Of a stretch of DNA of 64,000 nucleotides, positions 49,320-54,682 are shown piece after piece. The DNA is taken from IMG/VR virus record IMGVR_UViG_3300043410_001708, positions 1 through 64,000 of that record; one strand, 5' to 3'. Numbering within the stretch: position 1 is the first letter of the stretch; the number at the start of each line of letters is the position of its first letter. Made by a program: the position numbers and the translations under genes. The stretch is from a virus. The notes under the pieces were generated by a model. That model was given only the letters and a program-made list of their open reading frames with translations. It made no database searches and was not told the origin of the DNA.

Positions 49320-49904
49320 TCACATGGCAGGTCCGTTTCCATTACGGAAACCGACCTCACCACCTTCTTCTTTGATTCGTTTCATAACATCTTCAAAAAG
49401 AATAGGACGAAAATCTGTTTGTTCAACACAAACACAATGATAACGAACATCTGGTGTGTCCAGTTCTTGACCTCCGTTCCATGTCATCATCACACGACCT
49501 GTATGAAGGTGACCGTGAATGTTTGTTCCGAAACGACCAAGACTGGCGGGATGAATTGGAATATGTGAAAGAATCATTCCGTTCATTACATGATACGCAC
49601 GAAGTTCACGGAAGTGTATTCTATATTCATCATCACGGAAGATATCGTGGTTACCACGAATAAGAACTTTATCACCGTTAAGTCTATGCATAATGCTAAG
49701 TGCTTTACGATTGATTACAACATCACCAAGATGATATACTTTATCAGTTGGCTTTACTGTTTCGTTCCAACGCTTAACCATTTCTTCATCCATTTCATTT
49801 GGATCGGTCCATGGTCTAATCTTTTCACCTGTTATGGAGTCGGTGAATCTACACACACCAGCGTGACCAAAGTGTGTGTCACTTACTAAAAATACTGATG
49901 GCAT
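49320..49904 (-). CDS. calcineurin-like metallophosphoesterase
   Basis: SDTHFGH, LGD, GNHD, HGHLH; AGGAG SD before ATG 49904. Confidence 0.9.
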   Translation of the reverse strand: MPSVFLVSDTHFGHAGVCRFTDSITGEKIRPWTDPNEMDEEMVKRWNETVKPTDKVYHLGDVVINRKALSIMHRLNGDKVLIRGNHDIFRDDEYRIHFRELRAYHVMNGMILSHIPIHPASLGRFGTNIHGHLHTGRVMMTWNGGQELDTPDVRYHCVCVEQTDFRPILFEDVMKRIKEEGGEVGFRNGNGPAM

Positions 49905-49922
49905 AATAAACTCCTGAAAAAA

Positions 49923-49997
49923 TGGCCCGGCGTGAGGGAATCGAACCCCCATTCGCACTTTAGAAGAATGCTGTCCTATCCATTGAACGAACGCCAG
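49923..49997 (-). tRNA. tRNA-Arg(TCT)
   Basis: Cloverleaf, CCA. Confidence 0.9.
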
Positions 49998-50002
49998 AAA
50001 AA

Positions 50003-50443
50003 TCATACTCGGATGTATTCGTAATTAACTGTTTCTTCATTTTCTCTAAAAACAATAGCGCCGTTCTTCAAGTGAAAACGCTTTGCCATTTCAGTTTTTG
50101 GAGATAATGTCACAAATCTTTTTATGTATGGCATATTATTTTCTATGTGTGATACTGCATCAAATATAAGTGTTCCACCAGCACCTGGTGCATAACTCCA
50201 TATTGTATAAAATACCGCAATCTCTGGATCGTTTACCTTTTCAAACAATTCAGATTCTTTTGTCGGAACATTTGTCTGATAACTTACGCATGTGATTGCT
50301 AATACTTTACCATTTGTATCCCGAAGAACAAAAATATCTTTGTTATTACCTACTCTTTCCGTAGTTGGAATGTTAGGCCTGACAGGATCTTCATCCAATA
50401 AATTAAAAAAACTATCTGTGATGGATTTTATAATATGTAACAT
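50003..50443 (-). CDS. GNAT-fold-like hypothetical protein
   Basis: FYTIWSY..GAG, VTLSP, A.RFH.KNG. Confidence 0.6.
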   Translation of the reverse strand: MLHIIKSITDSFFNLLDEDPVRPNIPTTERVGNNKDIFVLRDTNGKVLAITCVSYQTNVPTKESELFEKVNDPEIAVFYTIWSYAPGAGGTLIFDAVSHIENNMPYIKRFVTLSPKTEMAKRFHLKNGAIVFRENEETVNYEYIRV

Positions 50444-50459
50444 GATAACTTAAATATAA

Positions 50460-50536
50460 TGGTGCCCCAGAGGAGACTCGAACTCCTAAAATTTGGTTTC
50501 TAAGACCAACACGTATACCAATTCCGTCACCGGGGC
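50460..50536 (-). tRNA. tRNA-Leu(TAG), short variable loop
   Basis: Cloverleaf, CT-TAG-AA. Confidence 0.85.
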
Positions 50537-50549
50537 AATAAATACTTAT

Positions 50550-50774
50550 ATGATACCTTACGAACAAAGACAAACAGTAAAACCACTTTATGAGTTATTC
50601 TCAAATGAAACATATGTGCCTCATGCTTATTATTGTATTGAATCTGATTTTATCGAATCATATGTTACTGAGATAAAATCTTTTAATGATGATGAAATAT
50701 ATATTCAACCTGAAAAAGAGTTTGTCTTAACAACATTAAAACAAGTTGGTGCTCCTACTAAGAATCGAACTTAG
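50550..50774 (+). CDS. hypothetical protein antisense to tRNA array
   Basis: AATAAATA late-like promoter immediately before ATG 50550. Confidence 0.5.
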   Translation: MIPYEQRQTVKPLYELFSNETYVPHAYYCIESDFIESYVTEIKSFNDDEIYIQPEKEFVLTTLKQVGAPTKNRT

Positions 50775-50820
50775 GATACATCCTTACCATGGATGTGGTA
50801 TGCCATTTACCTATAAGAGC
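50747..50820 (-). tRNA. tRNA-Thr(GGT)
   Basis: Cloverleaf. Confidence 0.9.
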
Positions 50821-50825
50821 ATGAT

Positions 50826-50900
50826 TGGTGGGTCGTCAGAGAATCAAACTCTGTTCTTCCGGTTAAGAGCCGGTTGCTTCATCACTTAAGCTTACAACCC
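50826..50900 (-). tRNA. tRNA-Lys(CTT)
   Basis: Cloverleaf. Confidence 0.88.
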
Positions 50901-50903
50901 ATA

Positions 50904-50980
50904 TGGTACCCAAGGTGGGATTCGAGCCCACATAATCTTGCTTTTGAGACAAGCACGTATACCAATTCCGTCACTTGGGT
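50904..50980 (-). tRNA. tRNA-Leu(CAA), short variable loop
   Basis: Cloverleaf, CT-CAA-AA. Confidence 0.85.
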
Positions 50981-50985
50981 ATATA

Positions 50986-51087
50986 CAACAGGATAGTTTT
51001 TTTACAGTGGGAATTGAACCCACAAGGTTTGCTTAGAAGGCAAATTGCGAACCATTCGCATGTGAATTTTTTGCTGAACCTATCCTA
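50986..51087 (-). ncRNA. Y-RNA-like element 3 (D, anticodon UCU and T arms inside)
   Basis: AGGATAG-gtt-CAGCA...CTATCCT-GTTG. Confidence 0.75.
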
Positions 51088-51092
51088 AAACT

Positions 51093-51168
51093 TGGTGCTG
51101 CCTAGTAGAATCGAACTACTTTCCGAGGTTCTTCAGACCCCTGCTATGACCACATCAGCTAAAGCAGC
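51093..51168 (-). tRNA. tRNA-Phe(GAA)
   Basis: Cloverleaf. Confidence 0.92.
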
Positions 51169-51176
51169 ATATTGAA

Positions 51177-51343
51177 TTTGTAAGTATTGGGACCTCCCTC
51201 ATTTCCCAACATTTTACCGGTATTTTCTGTGAAGCGGCCGACCGGTTAGAGGTACGTAGTAATAGTTGATACTTGGCATCGGCAAAGCACTATCCTCATT
51301 CTTGTATGCCTACAAAAACTTTCTCAACATCTACACTTACAAA
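51177..51343 (-). ncRNA. unknown structured RNA
   Basis: 11-bp closing stem, several internal helices. Confidence 0.5.
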
Positions 51344-51346
51344 ACT

Positions 51347-51421
51347 TGGTACCTTGTGACGGGATCGAACCGCCGACCTTCTCCTTGTAAGGGAGACACT
51401 CTACCGCTGAGTTAACAAGGC
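51347..51421 (-). tRNA. tRNA-Val(TAC)
   Basis: Cloverleaf. Confidence 0.93.
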
Positions 51422-51434
51422 ATAAAATTTACTT

Positions 51435-51509
51435 TGGGGAGATATATGAGAATCGAACTCATGATAACGGAATCACAACCCGTGGTTTTGCCACTAAACT
51501 AATATCTCC
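51435..51509 (-). tRNA. tRNA-His(GTG)
   Basis: G-1:C73, cloverleaf. Confidence 0.92.
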
Positions 51510-51557
51510 CCAAAGTAAACTTTGGAATTTTTAACCGTGTTTATTCACGGGGGTCTG

Positions 51558-52046
51558 TTAGACCTGCAAAGCTTCTTGTTCTGCCAAGATTCTTTTCAAT
51601 CTGTCAGCACAAAAACTTGCAGCTGGTGCGTCTGGTTTAACCATAGGTGTCATGTTACATGTACCCTTGATATAACCAATCGCTTGTTGTACAACACATG
51701 AACTTCCGTACAAGTCATCTTTGTTTAAGTCCAAATGAACTTCAACATGGAAATCTTCTAATACATCAGCCAAGTCTTGGAACAATTCTGAAACCTTATA
51801 CACTTCGGTCATTAACCGCATTGCAGGTTTACTTTTCTTATGGTCATAATCCAACTCACGTTGAACGAAACCAAAAATCTTACAACCATGGCGGCCATCA
51901 ATATGAACTACGACAGCCAAAGCATAGTCTGCATACCATACACCGTTTACACGGATACGTTCTGAGTCAGCACCCAAATATACTTTCGTATCTGGTCCTT
52001 GACTTGCAAGGAATTGCTTAACTTCTTGTATGTCGAACTTTTTCAT
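51558..52046 (-). CDS. RNase H-like YkuK (DUF458) family protein
   Basis: YLGADSE, RLMTEV..S, EVHLD, KP.A.AAS..AD; AGAAAGG SD. Confidence 0.8.
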   Translation of the reverse strand: MKKFDIQEVKQFLASQGPDTKVYLGADSERIRVNGVWYADYALAVVVHIDGRHGCKIFGFVQRELDYDHKKSKPAMRLMTEVYKVSELFQDLADVLEDFHVEVHLDLNKDDLYGSSCVVQQAIGYIKGTCNMTPMVKPDAPAASFCADRLKRILAEQEALQV

Positions 52047-52076
52047 ATCAATCACCTTTCTTTTTTTTACTAACAC

Positions 52077-52150
52077 TGGCATCCCGACAGGGACTCGAAC
52101 CCCGACCAACAGTTTTGGAGACTGGTATGCTGCCATTACACTATCGAGAT
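52077..52150 (-). tRNA. tRNA-Trp(CCA)
   Basis: Cloverleaf. Confidence 0.92.
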
Positions 52151-52156
52151 ATAATA

Positions 52157-52220
52157 CAACAGGATAGATTTTACTTTTCAAGTTACAAGTTTGAAGTATT
52201 TTATTGCTGTTACTATCCTA
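52157..52220 (-). ncRNA. Y-RNA-like element 4 (minimal)
   Basis: AGGATAG-taa-CAGCA...CTATCCT-GTTG. Confidence 0.7.
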
Positions 52221-52224
52221 AAAA

Positions 52225-52298
52225 TGGTCCTCAGAACAAGAATCGAACTTGTGATGGCCGGTTATCAGCCGACTGTTATACCATTTAACTATCCGAGG
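52225..52298 (-). tRNA. tRNA-Ile(GAT)
   Basis: Cloverleaf. Confidence 0.92.
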
Positions 52299-52302
52299 AA
52301 TA

Positions 52303-52378
52303 TGGAGGGTCTTGAGGGATTCAAACCCCCGACCAATTGCTTCGTAGGCAACTACTCTGTTCACTGAGCTAAAGACCC
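52303..52378 (-). tRNA. tRNA-Arg(ACG)
   Basis: Cloverleaf. Confidence 0.9.
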
Positions 52379-52384
52379 ATAATC

Positions 52385-52459
52385 TGGTGGTTCAGGTGAG
52401 AATCGAACTCACACAAGGCACCGTATGAAGATGCTGCACTGCCACTATGCTACTGAACC
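52385..52459 (-). tRNA. tRNA-Met(CAT), elongator-like
   Basis: TT-CAT-AC loop. Confidence 0.85.
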
Positions 52460-52464
52460 AAATT

Positions 52465-52539
52465 TGGTGGACCGAGGGGGAATCGAACCCCCAACTGTGA
52501 CTTGCAAGGCCACTGTGTTCCCAATTATACCATCAGCCC
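52465..52539 (-). tRNA. tRNA-Ala(TGC)
   Basis: G3:U70, cloverleaf. Confidence 0.93.
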
Positions 52540-52595
52540 AAATTTGTTGTTGACAATTTATCTCATTATACGCCGTCAACAAAGGCGAGTATTAC

Positions 52596-52669
52596 TGGTC
52601 TCGGTGGCAAGAATCGAACTTGCGCCACATGCTCCCAAAGCACGGATGATACCATTTCACCACACCGAG
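52596..52669 (-). tRNA. tRNA-Pro(TGG)
   Basis: Cloverleaf. Confidence 0.92.
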
Positions 52670-52675
52670 AAAATA

Positions 52676-52739
52676 CAACAGGATCGTTTTTGTCGCTAGA
52701 CATCCAAAAGTTAGCTTGTTTATTGCTGAACCGATCCTA
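52676..52739 (-). ncRNA. Y-RNA-like element 5 (minimal)
   Basis: AGGATCG-gtt-CAGCA...CGATCCT-GTTG. Confidence 0.7.
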
Positions 52740-52743
52740 AAAC

Positions 52744-52818
52744 TGGCTCCACAGGCAGGGATCGAACCTACGACCAATTGATTAACAGTCAACTGCACTA
52801 CCGCTGTGCTACTGTGGA
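52744..52818 (-). tRNA. tRNA-Asn(GTT)
   Basis: Cloverleaf. Confidence 0.93.
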
Positions 52819-52825
52819 ATATATC

Positions 52826-52900
52826 TGGCGGTCCCAAGGGGTAACGATCCCCTTCTTTATGCGTGACAGGCATACGTGCGTCCATGAACACTTTGAGACC
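52826..52900 (-). tRNA. tRNA-Asp(GTC)
   Basis: Cloverleaf, non-canonical T loop. Confidence 0.88.
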
Positions 52901-52904
52901 AAAT

Positions 52905-53096
52905 ATTAGTACAAGCTACTGATTTTCCACGTCAGCCCTTGATTGAGCGGTTTCTCTGTCCATCCCTTTTATCTGGTACCTGTGTGCAGAGGGATACTGC
53001 CTATCAGAGCCTGAGTATTTCTCTCGCTAACGGTTTTCTGCCACCGGATCTCTATCGTTAATCAAACGCTACTTTAACGAAAAGTAGTAACGAGAT
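52905..53096 (-). ncRNA. unknown structured RNA (~190 nt)
   Basis: Multiple nested helices in a gene-free spacer. Confidence 0.5.
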
Positions 53097-53097
53097 T

Positions 53098-53184
53098 TGG
53101 TGGAGACGGTGTGAGTCGAACACACAATGCCCTGAGGGCGGCGGATTTACAGTCCACTGGGGTTACCAATTTTCCTACATCTCC
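53098..53184 (-). tRNA. tRNA-Tyr(GTA)
   Basis: Type II cloverleaf. Confidence 0.92.
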
Positions 53185-53192
53185 AAATTTTT

Positions 53193-53267
53193 TGGTAGGG
53201 GCACAGAGAATCGAACTCTGATTATCTGGTTAAAAGCCAGGTACTTTCGCCGTTAAGTTATACCCCC
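53193..53267 (-). tRNA. tRNA-Lys(TTT)
   Basis: Cloverleaf. Confidence 0.9.
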
Positions 53268-53273
53268 ATAATT

Positions 53274-53401
53274 TACCATTTGTTTTGCTGACGCACTATA
53301 TGCTATGCTTCAACGGAATAGCTGCAGCGTTACCGTTTATTAACATAGTTACTCAGCATTGAACGTTTCTGCTGTGGCTTACATCAGCAAAACAAATGGT
53401 A
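53274..53401 (-). ncRNA. structured RNA closed by perfect 18-bp inverted repeat
   Basis: TACCATTTGTTTTGCTGA...TCAGCAAAACAAATGGTA. Confidence 0.55.
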
Positions 53402-53471
53402 CACCTAAGGAGAATCGAACTCCTCTTTCCGCCTTGAAAGGGCAGCGTCCTAACCGATAGACGATAGGTGC
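53397..53471 (-). tRNA. tRNA-Glu(TTC)
   Basis: Cloverleaf. Confidence 0.92.
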
Positions 53472-53474
53472 AAA

Positions 53475-53500
53475 AAACTACAACAAATTTTTAAAGAACA
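53475..53500 (-). promoter_or_regulatory. boxA-like antitermination element (copy 2)
   Basis: TGTTCTTTAAAAATTTGTTGTAGTTT identical to 54344-54369. Confidence 0.7.
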
Positions 53501-53528
53501 TTTGATTGATTTCTCAATTCATAGATGA

Positions 53529-53581
53529 AGTATAACACAACCATGAATCTCTGTCAACCAGTGTGTTGTATTTCTACAACG
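53529..53581 (-). promoter_or_regulatory. sigma70 promoter with upstream palindrome
   Basis: TTGACA-17-TATACT; TGTTGT-N6-ACAACG 6 bp upstream. Confidence 0.8.
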
Positions 53582-53585
53582 TGTT

Positions 53586-53661
53586 TGGAGTAGGTGACAG
53601 GAATCGAACCTGCATACAAGTGGTTTGCAATCACTTCCCTAGCCTTTCGGGTCACACCTAC
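53586..53661 (-). tRNA. tRNA-Cys(GCA)
   Basis: U73, cloverleaf. Confidence 0.9.
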
Positions 53662-53897
53662 ACTAATTTTTTCCTTGAACTACGGTGTGTTTCATCACGC
53701 CGCATAGTCCAATCGTAAGAGTTACCATCTGGTAACTTCTTATCTTTAACTTCATCATATCCAAACTTACCAACGAATTCCATTTCACCATTAGTGATTG
53801 TTACGAATTCGTTAACAGTCTTGGCAAAGAACATTGCACCTGACAATGTTTCATGTTTCCATTCTTTCAATTTTGTTTTTACTATCCACATACTCAT
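53658..53897 (-). CDS. hypothetical protein
   Basis: VGKFG.D.V....LPDG..YDW. Confidence 0.65.
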   Translation of the reverse strand: MSMWIVKTKLKEWKHETLSGAMFFAKTVNEFVTITNGEMEFVGKFGYDEVKDKKLPDGNSYDWTMRRDETHRSSRKKLV

Positions 53898-53905
53898 CTT
53901 TCATT

Positions 53906-53997
53906 TGGTACCAGCGGTGAGAATCGAACTCACTCAAGAACGCTAATCTGGCGCTAAAAGGTGTATAAGACCTCTCTGACTACCAAGTCTCGCTGGC
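53906..53997 (-). tRNA. atypical tRNA with UAU anticodon and long variable arm
   Basis: Canonical acceptor/T arm, mini D arm, CT-TAT-AC loop. Confidence 0.7.
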
Positions 53998-53999
53998 AT

Positions 54000-54089
54000 T
54001 GGTGGAGAGTCAGGGAGTCGAACCCTGTGACCTACTTTCGTAAATCTACGGATTAGCAATCCGCTGCATTACCATCCTGCCCACTCTCC
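54000..54089 (-). tRNA. tRNA-Ser(GCT)
   Basis: Type II cloverleaf. Confidence 0.92.
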
Positions 54090-54095
54090 GAATTT

Positions 54096-54185
54096 TGGTG
54101 GAAGCGGTGAGATTCGAACTCACGGACCCTTTCGGATCGGCAGTTTTCAAGACTGCTGCAATAAACCGGACTCTGCCACACTTCC
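54096..54185 (-). tRNA. tRNA-Ser(TGA)
   Basis: Type II cloverleaf. Confidence 0.92.
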
Positions 54186-54264
54186 ATATAGAAACACACT
54201 ACTGGCTATACACTCAGCGTCCCAAGTGCTACCAGAATCTAACTGGCGTAATGTGTTTTTATAT
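54186..54264 (-). ncRNA. branched hairpin RNA between tRNA-Gln and tRNA-Ser
   Basis: 17-bp closing stem, two internal hairpins. Confidence 0.5.
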
Positions 54265-54339
54265 GGCAGGGGTTATCAGATTCGAACTGATGATGACGAT
54301 TTCAAAGACCGTTGCCTTAGGCCACTAGGCGAAACCCCA
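54264..54339 (-). tRNA. tRNA-Gln(TTG)
   Basis: Cloverleaf. Confidence 0.9.
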
Positions 54340-54343
54340 ACAT

Positions 54344-54369
54344 AAACTACAACAAATTTTTAAAGAACA
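54344..54369 (-). promoter_or_regulatory. boxA-like antitermination element (copy 1)
   Basis: TGTTCTTTAAAA vs rrn boxA TGCTCTTTAACA. Confidence 0.7.
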
Positions 54370-54376
54370 AGTGTGT

Positions 54377-54428
54377 ATTGTAACAGAACCAAAGGTCCTG
54401 GCAACTACACTGTTGTATTGAAACAACA
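54377..54428 (-). promoter_or_regulatory. sigma70 promoter with upstream palindrome
   Basis: TTGCCA-16-TACAAT with extended -10 TG; TGTTGT-N6-ACAACA 6 bp upstream. Confidence 0.65.
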
Positions 54429-54431
54429 AAC

Positions 54432-54463
54432 AAAAAACCCTAGTAGATTTCTCTTACTAGGGT
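54432..54463 (-). terminator. attenuator terminator
   Basis: ACCCTAGTAAGA-GAAA-TCTACTAGGGT followed by T run. Confidence 0.85.
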
Positions 54464-54496
54464 CTTGTGTTTGGAGTCTTTTTTAGAACTTCTGTT

Positions 54497-54610
54497 TTAG
54501 TTCTCCATCTTCACACAAAACCCGGTTGCAATCGCCCATGAGCTATCAGCGCAATTAACTGTGCGATACTCTGGTTGCAACGTAAAGGGTTTATGAGATA
54601 TGAGAGACAC
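54497..54610 (-). CDS. putative attenuator leader peptide (37 aa, all 20 amino acids; not in ORF track)
   Basis: GTG start after AGAAAG; MSLISHKPFTLQPEYRTVNCADSSWAIATGFCVKMEN; 3' end pairs with terminator 5' arm. Confidence 0.7.
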   Translation of the reverse strand: MSLISHKPFTLQPEYRTVNCADSSWAIATGFCVKMEN

Positions 54611-54640
54611 TTTTTTCTTTCTAAAATTTAATATATGTGT

Positions 54641-54669
54641 ATTATATAGGAACTTTTTAACCTCGGCAA
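54641..54669 (-). promoter_or_regulatory. sigma70 promoter of leader
   Basis: TTGCCG-17-TATAAT. Confidence 0.7.
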
Positions 54670-54682
54670 GCGGTTTTTGAAA

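Noticed and set aside
50995-51065. Extra tRNA-Arg(TCT) gene or CTA suppressor
   Set aside because: No 7-bp acceptor stem or CCA; the centred triplet is UCU; it is a module in Y-like element 3.
49905-52181. N-terminal extensions of ORF-track calls (49320-50006, 51558-52181; likewise 46723-47013, 56353-56832)
   Set aside because: Extensions run through tRNA genes; downstream ATGs have proper SD sequences.
52541-52595. sigma70 promoter (TTGACG...TATAAT) or theta ribozyme
   Set aside because: Spacer only 3 bp; no P3/P1.1 elements.
48654-52739. Repeated CAACAGGAT...ATCCTAAAA units as CRISPR array or MITEs
   Set aside because: Irregular spacing, covarying rather than identical arms, no cas/transposase or target-site duplications; pattern fits structured RNA.
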